Positions 49,244 to 57,838 are shown, numbered from the stretch's first letter. The stretch is DNA of 64,000 bases from a bacterium (GCA_017478515.1 JAFVDH010000004.1:172-64171); one strand, 5' to 3'. Notes: generated from the letters alone by a model not told the origin. Program-made: numbers and translations.

Positions 49244-49538
49244 TTTCTATTGTCAAAATTTTGCTGAAACCTGTCATATTAAATACGTCCATAACGGATT
49301 CATTTGCATTTATTATTTTCATAACTCCTTGAGACAGCATTCTTTTTTGAAGTTCTAATATGGCTCTCAACCCTAAACTTGAGATGTATTCAACATTTTC
49401 AAAATTGAGAATTAAATCTGTTATATTATCTAACGTGTCGTTGACTTGTTCTCCAAATTCCATCGCTGTATTGGTGTCAATTCTTCCGTCTACGTTAATA
49501 ACTACTGTTGAACCGTATTTTTTTGAAGTTATATTCAT
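49236..49538 (-). CDS. STAS-domain anti-sigma-factor antagonist (SpoIIAA/RsbV-like)
   Basis: VEYISSLGLRAIL contains the phosphorylatable Ser context. Start set at MNITSKK (49538). Overlaps the downstream phosphatase-kinase gene by 8 nt. Confidence 0.8.
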   Translation of the reverse strand: MNITSKKYGSTVVINVDGRIDTNTAMEFGEQVNDTLDNITDLILNFENVEYISSLGLRAILELQKRMLSQGVMKIINANESVMDVFNMTGFSKILTIENA

Positions 49539-49660
49539 CAAGTTTCTCCAAGGTTTATTTTTCTTAAGTATAGCACGTAAATTAAATTGAAACAACTTGT
49601 TTAAACTTGCGTATTTATTTTTATTGTATAATCAAAATGTAAATATTAGGAGGAGTTAAA

Positions 49661-50170
49661 ATGATTAATGAAAAATTAGAAAAGGCTTTTAATGATCAGA
49701 TTAATAAAGAATTGTATTCGGCGTATCTTTATTTGACAATGAAAGCTAAGTTTGCAGAAATGAATTTAAACGGTTTTGTAAATTGGTTTGATGTTCAAGT
49801 GAAAGAAGAACAAGCTCATGGAATGGGTATGTATGATTATGTTATTGAAAGAGGCGGAAAAATAGAATTGTCGGCTATTGATAAACCTGAATTAAAGGGT
49901 TCAACACCGTTAGAAATTTTTGAACAGGTATTGGAACATGAAGAATATGTAACCTCAAGAATAAATGCGTTAATGGATGTAGCAGAAGAAACAAAAGACA
50001 GAGCAGCTTTATCATTTTTAGATTGGTACTTAAAAGAACAAGTAGAAGAAGAATCAAACGTAGGCGGTGTATTAGCTACTTTAAAATTAATAGGTGATGA
50101 TAAAAAAGCTCTATTAATATTGGATAAAGACCTTGCTGCAAGAGTTTTTAATCCTCCTGTAATCGGTTAA
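49661..50170 (+). CDS. Non-haem ferritin
   Basis: ELYSAYLYL, EEQAHGM, LEHEEYVT ferroxidase-site residues. GGAGG RBS. Confidence 0.9.
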   Translation: MINEKLEKAFNDQINKELYSAYLYLTMKAKFAEMNLNGFVNWFDVQVKEEQAHGMGMYDYVIERGGKIELSAIDKPELKGSTPLEIFEQVLEHEEYVTSRINALMDVAEETKDRAALSFLDWYLKEQVEEESNVGGVLATLKLIGDDKKALLILDKDLAARVFNPPVIG

Positions 50171-50195
50171 AATCAAAAATAAATATAAATAAAAT

Positions 50196-50231
50196 GGATG
50201 ACTAAAAACTAAAACGGTCATCCTTTTTTTT
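50196..50231 (+). terminator. Rho-independent terminator after the ferritin gene
   Basis: ggatgac...gtcatcc followed by T8. Confidence 0.7.
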
Positions 50232-50253
50232 AGCTCTCTATTAATAAAATTCG

Positions 50254-51732
50254 TTATTGATACATAACGTTCAAAAATTCATTGCTAACAGCATCTCTGT
50301 ACCATTTTGCATGGTCTGATGTGTTAAAAATATTGTTATAGTGGCTTGCAACATCGCCGTATGTAGATTTGTTTTCGCCGTATTCCATTAATTCGTGGGT
50401 ATTTTTAGCATATGGAGATGTTGGGAAAATGTCGTGCATCTGCATATAAGACGGCAATCTCCAACCTGCGTCACGATGTCCGTTAAACGCATTTTTAATT
50501 CTTGTTAATCTTTGCTCCAAAGACATTTGGCAATTATCATTATCGTCAGAAATTACAGGCCCTGCTGCGTATTCATCATTCCATGATTGTTTGTCATATT
50601 CATGAAGAATATTGTTAAAGTCGTCGGCTCTTCCCCAGTCGTTGCCTGCTGATAAACCCATTTCTCTGTTTCTTGGGTGCATATCGCATTTTTCGCCTAC
50701 AAGAGCTATGTCATTTCTTCCTGTTTTACTTTTTATTTGTTGAGTAATGTACTGCATTTGTTTGAAATTAGGAACTTCTCCAACTCCGCAGTAATAATGC
50801 ATTTCATGGTTTCCAACGTGCTTTGCACTGTCAAAGAATATTGCGTCAAATCCTAAGTCAACTGCCCAACAGCATGCATCTATAAATGCTTTTTCATGCT
50901 TGTACCAGTTAAAAGGTTCTCCTTTAACGGTCATTTGGCCTGCTGATAGAGGCATTCTGATACCTGTTTTTAATCCTCTTAAGTGAGCCATGTCATTAAA
51001 TGCTTTTACTTGTTCATCGTCACCCATTCTTTGTCCGTCACGGCAAAGCTTATCTGAAGTTAGATTTTTCGAAATTCCTGAATGCAAATCTACAGTATAT
51101 AGTGAAGAACGGCCTGTCTTTCCGTCATTTTCTCTGTTCATTGCAGGATATAATTGTGATAAAACTACGCAATTAGCAAAGCTTTTAGGTGATGGCGGGA
51201 TTGCAGGTAGTAATTTCATTACATTTAATAACCCCTCGCTTTTTTTGTCGCCTTCTGTTAATGCAACGGTTCTCGGGTTAATTTCTATATAATTTGCACG
51301 TCTTCCCCATTTGTCACCATAGTTTGGAGTTTGTATATTATTCGGAATTTCCGGATAATGGTCATTTTTCTTTGTTAATGTGCATATTGACTGAATGGCA
51401 TCCATTGGCGAGCGTTTCAAAAGATTTTCCGGGTTTTCGTTAACCCATTTTTTCCATCCTGTATTACCGCCTTTATATAATGTTTTGTATGTTTCCTGGT
51501 CTTCGTAAACATCATTGTTGCCTTTTAGTATCCAAAACAGTTTCTTGGCAGGGTTTTTATCTCCGTAGTATCCTTTAAAGTTTACTAATTGTTTGTTGTA
51601 ATTTGCAGAAAGTTCCAATGCTGATGCCGAAGTAGGTTTAACTGCTTTTGGTGCAATAGGATTTGAAGTCTTTTTGCTTATTACCGGCATTATGTTTGGC
51701 ATATACAAACTTTGGATTGCAGAAACTTTCAT
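50254..51732 (-). CDS. 492-aa protein with a divergent alpha-amylase-superfamily (GH13-like) core; N-terminus MKVSAIQS, no signal peptide
   Basis: GFDAIFFDSAKHV resembles GH13 region II (GFRxDxxKH). AHLRGLKTGIRMPLS resembles region I context. IALVGEKCD may be region III. The ORF itself is solid; the function call is weak. Confidence 0.45.
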   Translation of the reverse strand: MKVSAIQSLYMPNIMPVISKKTSNPIAPKAVKPTSASALELSANYNKQLVNFKGYYGDKNPAKKLFWILKGNNDVYEDQETYKTLYKGGNTGWKKWVNENPENLLKRSPMDAIQSICTLTKKNDHYPEIPNNIQTPNYGDKWGRRANYIEINPRTVALTEGDKKSEGLLNVMKLLPAIPPSPKSFANCVVLSQLYPAMNRENDGKTGRSSLYTVDLHSGISKNLTSDKLCRDGQRMGDDEQVKAFNDMAHLRGLKTGIRMPLSAGQMTVKGEPFNWYKHEKAFIDACCWAVDLGFDAIFFDSAKHVGNHEMHYYCGVGEVPNFKQMQYITQQIKSKTGRNDIALVGEKCDMHPRNREMGLSAGNDWGRADDFNNILHEYDKQSWNDEYAAGPVISDDNDNCQMSLEQRLTRIKNAFNGHRDAGWRLPSYMQMHDIFPTSPYAKNTHELMEYGENKSTYGDVASHYNNIFNTSDHAKWYRDAVSNEFLNVMYQ

Positions 51733-51769
51733 ACTTGGTTTAATGTCCCTAAAAATTTATATTGCCATG

Positions 51770-51796
51770 TTTTAGGCGTTTTTTTACAATACTTTA
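51770..51796 (-). promoter_or_regulatory. Weak sigma-28-like match TAAAGTAT-N11-GCCTAAAA upstream of the GH13-like gene
   Basis: -10 element matches 6/8. The downstream leader shares ggcaatataaa with cassette copy 2. Confidence 0.25.
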
Positions 51797-51930
51797 CAGT
51801 TGCTTTTACTCTTTGAAAAAAGCTTTTTTATTTCTTATTTACAACTGATGTGTTTAATATATTGTAAATACAATACTCTGAGAAATCAGGGAAGAGTGGA
51901 AACCTAAAGCCAGCCTTGCTTTGATAACAA

Positions 51931-52695
51931 TTGCTTATGCTGGCAAAATTTGTTGACGTGTTAAATACATCTATTGCAAATGTTGCTCTTAAATATATGG
52001 CAGGAAGTTTCTCTATTTCTGATGATGAAAGTCTTTGGATAGTAACAATTTTTTTTATATCATGCATCGTATTACTTCCTGAAACAAAGTGGTGTTGTAA
52101 AGTTTTTGGCAGAAAGAGGTTCTTTTTATTCTGTTTATATTTCTAAATTGGAACTTACCAGTTTAAGTTCATTTCTTTTGCTTTGGGTTGTTTTGTGTTT
52201 TTAAATTTAAATTTGATGTTTGCGTTTGGAAATGTTATAATTCCTAATTTGATTGTTTGATTGTTCTTTTTGTTATGACTATGATAATTATTCCTACGAT
52301 TACGATTATTTTTTTTTGATTTATCCAATCAAGAAATGGCAAATGCGTCTACTTTACAGAATCTTATTAAAAATGTAGGATGTGCCATCGGAACTTTGTC
52401 TGTATGTGTATTTGTATCTCGATATTCTAAGGTATACCAATCATATCTTGTCGATAAACTCTCTTTGTTAAATGATGCTTTTGTCGGAAAATTTACTGCA
52501 TTAGCAATGAATTTCGCTAAAAACGGAGCTGATTTTATATCTGCTCAAAATATGTCAGGTGCGATGCTTTATAACCAACTTATACAACAGTCGGCTCTTT
52601 GTGCATTTATGCATACTTATATGATTTATGCAATTATTATGCTGATTATTTCTGCTATGGTTTTGATATTAAAAAAAGTTAGGTATGATAATTAA
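51931..52695 (+). pseudogene. Decayed EmrB/QacA-type MFS efflux transporter (N-terminal ~70 aa and C-terminal ~120 aa survive; central TMs lost or scrambled)
   Basis: FVDVLNTSIANVALKYMAGSFSISDDESLWIVT..FGRKRFF matches the EmrB N-terminus. 52336..52695 matches the last TMs. The region between has stops in every frame. Confidence 0.7.
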
Positions 52696-52793
52696 AAAGT
52701 AAACATAATTGTGCATTGACAATGGAAATATTACTTAATACTAAAGAGCGTGTTAATGTTGTCCTGACTTCCAATTCTAAAACAGGAATTTTG

Positions 52794-53016
52794 TTAAGAA
52801 ATGTTACAAACTTGAAAACTGTTGTAAATACTGTAGCACAGCGATTTCTAATAAAATTGTAAACTTTTGTAAATATGGATTTTAAAATGGCTGAAACTCA
52901 GTTATAATCACCTATATGATATGATATGATATGATGGGATGGGGAGTACTAAAGCTTTTTGACCATATTGCCGACATGAAAAGTGTTAGGAATAAGGCAA
53001 TATAAAGGAGAAAACA
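52794..53016 (+). repeat. Upstream cassette copy 2 (homologous to 33341..33571)
   Basis: See copy 1. TATAAT at 52903-52908, pentamer tract at 52915-52944. Confidence 0.85.
52950..52977 (+). promoter_or_regulatory. FliA/sigma-28-like promoter TAAAGCTT-N12-GCCGACAT
   Basis: Same geometry as 33496..33523. Lies 39 nt upstream of the ATG at 53017. Confidence 0.45.
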
Positions 53017-54162
53017 ATGACTTTAGTATCAAAAATGATGAATGTTCGTGAAAATGTGGTTTTAGGTAGTCTTAATTTAAAAAACACTCCAATAAATAAT
53101 CAACCAGCTACTACAAATACATCCGAAACACCTCAATCAAAAGATGATGTTGATTTAGTAGTTATAACAGGAAAAGACGATAATATAGAAGGAGCTTTAG
53201 GAAATTTATTATCAAATAATGATTCTCTTATAGACAGAATTGCATCAAAATTGAATGGGCTTTTTGGAGCTGAAAAAGCTGAAAAACAAGATCGTGGTAC
53301 AGAAGCTGTTAGAGATTATCAAGTCTTAACCGATGAACAACTTGCAGCAGAAATGGAAGAATTACTTAAAAAGAAAGCTGACATAAAACAACAAATTGCT
53401 GAATGTAAAGCAGATACTAGTATTCCATATTCAAGGAACCTAAAAGCAATTGATTTAGAAAAACAATTGAACCAAATAGAAACAGAGATAAAAGCGTGTG
53501 AAGAAGAAATGAATAGAAGAAGCAACTCTTCAAACTCTTCATCTCCGTCAGGTCTACAAAACCTTTCTAATTCTTCGGAGTTAGTAGTTGAAACAGGACA
53601 TTGGAAAAATCTTAGTGTATCTGAGCTTATTCAAGAATATAAAGAACAAGTCCAAGCTAAGCTAAAAGACTTACAAAGACAACTTGATGAAGCTAAAACT
53701 GCCAAAAGTGAAGCGGAAAGTAATGGATTATCAACAAAGTTAACAATGATTATTAATGCTAAGATAGCTGTATTAACTGCAAAAATAAATAGTTATAGTG
53801 GTATAATTCAACAATATAACAGTGAATTAGAAAGAAGAGGTTCGAATATACGTATTCAAGACGATGGAAGTATAATGGGAACACTTGAAAACAGTAATAA
53901 GCCTGAATTGAATAATGATATGAAAAATTTAAGTCCTCTATGTTCTATGTCTACAGATGAGCTTAAATCAAAACATGAAGAATTAGTTAAAAAGCAAGAA
54001 GAATTGGAAAAACAACTTGATGCTGCTAAATCTAAAATTAGTAATAATGCAAAAGAAAATGTACTTAATCATTTTGAAATACATAATTTAACAAAGCAAT
54101 TAGAACATATAAAAACTGAAATAAAAGAAATAGAAGATGAACTTGCAAGAAGAGACTCTTAA
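53017..54162 (+). CDS. 381-aa coiled-coil protein with three ~70-80-aa internal repeats, FlxA-like in composition; no signal peptide
   Basis: Repeats start near YQVLTDEQL, WKNLSVSEL and LCSMSTDEL. Each ends in ..E(M/L)xRR(S/G/D)S. AAGGAG RBS. Confidence 0.6.
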   Translation: MTLVSKMMNVRENVVLGSLNLKNTPINNQPATTNTSETPQSKDDVDLVVITGKDDNIEGALGNLLSNNDSLIDRIASKLNGLFGAEKAEKQDRGTEAVRDYQVLTDEQLAAEMEELLKKKADIKQQIAECKADTSIPYSRNLKAIDLEKQLNQIETEIKACEEEMNRRSNSSNSSSPSGLQNLSNSSELVVETGHWKNLSVSELIQEYKEQVQAKLKDLQRQLDEAKTAKSEAESNGLSTKLTMIINAKIAVLTAKINSYSGIIQQYNSELERRGSNIRIQDDGSIMGTLENSNKPELNNDMKNLSPLCSMSTDELKSKHEELVKKQEELEKQLDAAKSKISNNAKENVLNHFEIHNLTKQLEHIKTEIKEIEDELARRDS

Positions 54163-54238
54163 TCATAAGAACCAGACGGACTATCATTGATAGAACAGGC
54201 TTTATATACTTAAAAAGTATGCTTTACAAAATAACTTA

Positions 54239-54290
54239 ACGGGTATCTTATTAAAAAGAGGATGACTTTTTTGTCACCCTCTTTACCCGT
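54239..54290. terminator. Compound hairpin between convergent genes (possible bidirectional terminator)
   Basis: Outer acgggta/tacccgt stem and inner gaggatgac-tttttt-gtcaccctc stem (one mismatch). Flanking T-runs are modest. Confidence 0.45.
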
Positions 54291-54320
54291 ACCAAATTTA
54301 AGCTGTTTTGTACCCGTTTT

Positions 54321-54656
54321 TTAAAATTCTACATAGCTTAAACCCAGTGTTAGCAATGAAATAACCAATGCTCCGAAAAATGCACTCCAAAAACCGCTTA
54401 CTGTAAAGCCAGGTACAAGATATGCCACAAACATAAGCAGCAAAGCATTAATTATTAGTGCAAAAATTCCTAACGTAAAAATATTAACCGGCAAAGTAAT
54501 TAAGTTTAATAATGGTTTTAATACTGTGTTAATCAAGGCTATTACCGCTGCTGTAAGCATCGCAATCGGTATACTTGAAACAGTTATTCCCGGTATAATC
54601 CATGCCGTAAATAAAACTATTACCGTTAGAACAATAAATTGGAATAATAAATACAT
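54321..54656 (-). CDS. DUF360 / phage holin family IV-type 4-TM membrane protein
   Basis: IIPGITVSS..LINTVLKPLL..LTLPV..LGIFALIINALLL..VPGFTVSGFW pattern. Confidence 0.75.
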   Translation of the reverse strand: MYLLFQFIVLTVIVLFTAWIIPGITVSSIPIAMLTAAVIALINTVLKPLLNLITLPVNIFTLGIFALIINALLLMFVAYLVPGFTVSGFWSAFFGALVISLLTLGLSYVEF

Positions 54657-54775
54657 GACAAAACTCCTTTTTTAAGACTTTTTTATTATATGGAATTTTT
54701 ATTTTCAGAACATTAGATAAATTGATAATTTTTTATTAAACCTTTTATTTATTTTTATGTTATACTAACGGAGTT

Positions 54776-55711
54776 ATGTTACATGAAATTTTAACTAATC
54801 AGGCAATATTAGCTCCTCAGATAGAGTACTTAGTGTTTTTGCAAAACTTAAGAACTCCTGAGTTGGATGTGGTATTTTTAAACATAACAAAATTGGCAGA
54901 GTCTATTGTGCCGTACATATTTGTTAGTTTATGCTATTGGCTTATCGATAAGAAATCAGGATTTATATTATTTACAGCTTTACAGCTTGGAATGATGACA
55001 AAAGATTTATTGAAAGAACTTGCCTTTGTAAAAAGACCTTGGATTTTATCAGATAAAGTAGAACCTGTAAAGGCTGCTGTTGCACATGCCCCCGGATATT
55101 CTTTCCCAAGCGGGCACACCGTAAGAGGTATTACTGCTATTTCCGGCATTTCTATTGCAACATGGAAAAATAAATTTTTAAGTTTGTTTTTTATTTTACT
55201 AGGTTTTGCTGTTTTGTTTTCAAGAAATTATTTAGGGGTTCATACTCCGCAAGATGTTATTATAGGTTGTTTGTTTTCTATAATATATATATTTACTGTA
55301 AGCAAATTTATTAATTGGATTGATAAAAAAGAAAAAGGTTATTTGATTTTTGGCGGAGCTGTTTTGGTGCTCGCAGTTTTGGTTGTGTCTTGTATTTTGT
55401 CAGGAATAATAAAAGAAGAGATTATGTCATATTATAGTGAATTGACTTTATTGGCCGGTGTATGCTTGGGTTATTATGTTGATAAAAAATATATAAAGTA
55501 TGAAGTTCCTAAAACTCAATGGTATATCAAATTTATTGTTGCTATAATCGGGATTATTTGCATGTATACCTTAACTCATGCTATTTACTTTGCTGTATCA
55601 GGAACTTTTTTTGATTTATATAAACGAGTTATTTTATACTTTTTCTTAAGTATATTTTCTACAATAATTTATCCTATAGTTATTAAAATGTGTATTAAAA
55701 ATCGTGTGTAA
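54776..55711 (+). CDS. PAP2-family membrane phosphatase
   Basis: KELAFVKRPW, SFPSGHT, SRNYLGVHTPQD (all three acid-phosphatase motifs). Confidence 0.8.
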   Translation: MLHEILTNQAILAPQIEYLVFLQNLRTPELDVVFLNITKLAESIVPYIFVSLCYWLIDKKSGFILFTALQLGMMTKDLLKELAFVKRPWILSDKVEPVKAAVAHAPGYSFPSGHTVRGITAISGISIATWKNKFLSLFFILLGFAVLFSRNYLGVHTPQDVIIGCLFSIIYIFTVSKFINWIDKKEKGYLIFGGAVLVLAVLVVSCILSGIIKEEIMSYYSELTLLAGVCLGYYVDKKYIKYEVPKTQWYIKFIVAIIGIICMYTLTHAIYFAVSGTFFDLYKRVILYFFLSIFSTIIYPIVIKMCIKNRV

Positions 55712-55809
55712 ATGTAAATATTTTGTAAAATTTACACTTGATTTGGCAATTATTTTTTTTACAGGGCTTAAAATAAACATATGAAGACATGTGTAGGAAG
55801 GTAAGATTA

Positions 55810-57504
55810 ATGAAAGTAAACTCAATTCAATCAGTAATGCCGTTTTTAGGGGCAAAAGAAGTTAAAAAAGAAAACAAAATATCTCAAAATACAACTCAAA
55901 CTTCGCCTCAACAATTAGCAAAAATGCCTAGTGCTGAGACATTTCAGGCTATGAACGGAATTAAACCCAGAACAAAAAACAGACCAACTCCTATTGTTCA
56001 CTCAAACTATGACGCCGCAAAAGCTATAGCTGATGCTGGAGTTATGCTTTCAAAAGAAGATTTTAAAAACGTTAAAAATGTTTTGAGCAGAGGCGATGAA
56101 CAAACAAGTAACGTTATGATGCAATTAAGCTTGATTAAAAGCGGAGATATAGAACCATCAACAGTTAGCCACTACTGGGAAACAGGCAAAATGAACGATA
56201 ATCTTGCAAAAGATTTAGACATGGTTTATGAGGCTCGTAAAGCAGGTAAAAACCCTGCAGATGTTTATGTTCCTACAGTAAAATCTCAAAAGGAAGGTAA
56301 CGCAAAAACAAAAATCGGCGATGTTTTTAAAGTTGCGGATGAAGATAAAATCTATGTGAAAACATCTAAAAAAGACTCAAAACAATTAGACATGGATAAA
56401 GACATGTTCGTAAAATTGTTCCCGCCTGCAAAAAGATTTACAACTCAACAACAAAGCATAGGTGATTGCTACCTTGTATCAACTTTAAATACCGTAATGC
56501 AAAATCCTAAAGCAAGAGTTGCACTATATGATGCTTTTCATCAAAACGGAAAAGACGTAACTGTTAAATTCCAAAACGGTTACGGCGAATACAAATATGA
56601 AAATGCGGAAGTTCCTAAAGATAGAGTTCAAAAATATTCTCTAAAAGGTTCAACAGGTATCAGAATTTTGGAAGATGCTTACGGCTTGGATTCTGTAAAT
56701 AAGGCTGATGTTAAATTCAGAGAAATTATGGGTCAAAAAATTGAGGCTAAAAAGGCTGAAGTTGCTAATTCAACCGGCGAACAAAAAGTTAAGGCTCAAA
56801 AATCATTAGAAGGTCATGAAAAAAGATTAAATGATTATATTGAAGCCAAAAAAGACCCATCAAGAACAATTGTAGTATGCCGTGATGATAATTATTACAA
56901 TATTTACTACGAAGAAGACGAAAACGGTCTAAAATTTGCAGACTTAAAAAATGACCCTGATAATAAATCAGATAAATTCCATAGTGCGGCAGATTTTTAT
57001 AGAGGTGCTTTAGGCGGTTATAACTTTGAAGTACTTGAAAGAATGGGCTTTGGCGGATTTAGACAATACAACTTAGACCTTGAAGAAAAAACAGTAACAC
57101 CTATGTTGAAGAAAGATAACTTTAATGAAGATTTCATCATGACAGGCGGAACAAGAGCAGGCGGAAGCAGAGTTGAAAATCCTGTGGCAAAATCAGCAGG
57201 TATTTACGGTTTCCATGCTTACACTCTTGAACCTCACAAAGATGAAAAAGGTGAATTGAAAATGAGATGTACAAATCCTTGGAATACATCTTATGATGCA
57301 GATATTTCTTACAAAGACTTCTTGAAATATTATGATTCTGTATCGATTATTGATGTTAATTCATATGGCAAAAAATTACCGCTTGAAAAACAACCGTATA
57401 AATATGATAAAGACGGTGCAGTAGTTGGTGATAATAAAAATGACGGAGAAGTAATCTGGTTTAAAAACGGTGGAAGAAAACCTGTTTTACCTCATAAAAA
57501 GTAA
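55810..57504 (+). CDS. Calpain-type (peptidase C2-like) cysteine protease, 564 aa, N-terminus MKVNSIQS, no signal peptide
   Basis: QQQSIGDCYLVSTLN (Cys), GFHAYTL (His), MRCTNPWN (Asn) in calpain order. Start moved to the ATG at 55810, which has a GGAAGG RBS. Confidence 0.7.
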   Translation: MKVNSIQSVMPFLGAKEVKKENKISQNTTQTSPQQLAKMPSAETFQAMNGIKPRTKNRPTPIVHSNYDAAKAIADAGVMLSKEDFKNVKNVLSRGDEQTSNVMMQLSLIKSGDIEPSTVSHYWETGKMNDNLAKDLDMVYEARKAGKNPADVYVPTVKSQKEGNAKTKIGDVFKVADEDKIYVKTSKKDSKQLDMDKDMFVKLFPPAKRFTTQQQSIGDCYLVSTLNTVMQNPKARVALYDAFHQNGKDVTVKFQNGYGEYKYENAEVPKDRVQKYSLKGSTGIRILEDAYGLDSVNKADVKFREIMGQKIEAKKAEVANSTGEQKVKAQKSLEGHEKRLNDYIEAKKDPSRTIVVCRDDNYYNIYYEEDENGLKFADLKNDPDNKSDKFHSAADFYRGALGGYNFEVLERMGFGGFRQYNLDLEEKTVTPMLKKDNFNEDFIMTGGTRAGGSRVENPVAKSAGIYGFHAYTLEPHKDEKGELKMRCTNPWNTSYDADISYKDFLKYYDSVSIIDVNSYGKKLPLEKQPYKYDKDGAVVGDNKNDGEVIWFKNGGRKPVLPHKK

Positions 57505-57529
57505 ATTTTAAAATACCAAATTTAACAAC

Positions 57530-57565
57530 AAAGACAACGCATTTTTGTAAAAATGCGTTGTCTTT
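57530..57565. terminator. Bidirectional terminator hairpin
   Basis: aaagacaacgcattttt-gt-aaaaatgcgttgtcttt, a 17-bp perfect stem between convergent genes. Confidence 0.7.
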
Positions 57566-57594
57566 GTTTAATTTAATTTAAAGACTAATTATTG

Positions 57595-57756
57595 TTATCC
57601 GATAAAGCCTCCGCCTGCGTTAGAAAGGCCTTTAGTTTTCTTTTCTTCAATTTCAGGCTTTTTATCAGTTTCTACCTTTGGATTAATAGGTGCTTTATCT
57701 TCTTCTTTTTTTATTTGAGGTTTTACCTGTGGAAGATTGCCGCTAATGCTACTCAT
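57595..57756 (-). CDS. Unlisted 53-codon ORF: MSSISGNLPQVKPQIKKEEDKAPINPKVETDKKPEIEEKKTKGLSNAGGGFIG
   Basis: Strong RBS (gaaaggag, 7 nt before the ATG), a sigma-28-like promoter upstream and a terminator downstream. Below the ORF-track length cut-off. The overlapping + strand ORF 57592..57831 starts with TTG and is low-complexity. Confidence 0.45.
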   Translation of the reverse strand: MSSISGNLPQVKPQIKKEEDKAPINPKVETDKKPEIEEKKTKGLSNAGGGFIG

Positions 57757-57810
57757 AACATACTCCTTTCTTTTTTACATTTAAATATTCTTTTTATGAT
57801 ATTAAATGTA

Positions 57811-57838
57811 TTAACGGCAAAAATCTTTTAAATCTTTA
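57811..57838 (-). promoter_or_regulatory. FliA/sigma-28-like promoter TAAAGATT-N12-GCCGTTAA
   Basis: Reverse complement of 57811-57838. Same -35/-10 spacing as the two cassette promoters. 54-nt leader to the 53-codon ORF. Confidence 0.35.

Noticed and set aside
52722-52862. 46-codon ORF (MEILLNTKERVNVVLTSNSKTGILLRNVTNLKTVVNTVAQRFLIKL) overlapping the distal part of cassette copy 2. It gives an apparently similar peptide (LRNIANLKNAANT..) when copy 1 is read in the same frame.
   Set aside because: Copy 1 has no start codon in that frame. The copy1/copy2 substitutions are spread evenly over codon positions (about 7/9/6), so there is no coding signature. The similarity is at the nucleotide level.
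57592-57831. Listed plus-strand ORF of 79 aa.
   Set aside because: It has a TTG start, no RBS, and a Phe/Leu-rich low-complexity translation typical of the antisense of a Lys/Glu-rich gene. The minus-strand 53-codon ORF with a strong RBS explains the region better.
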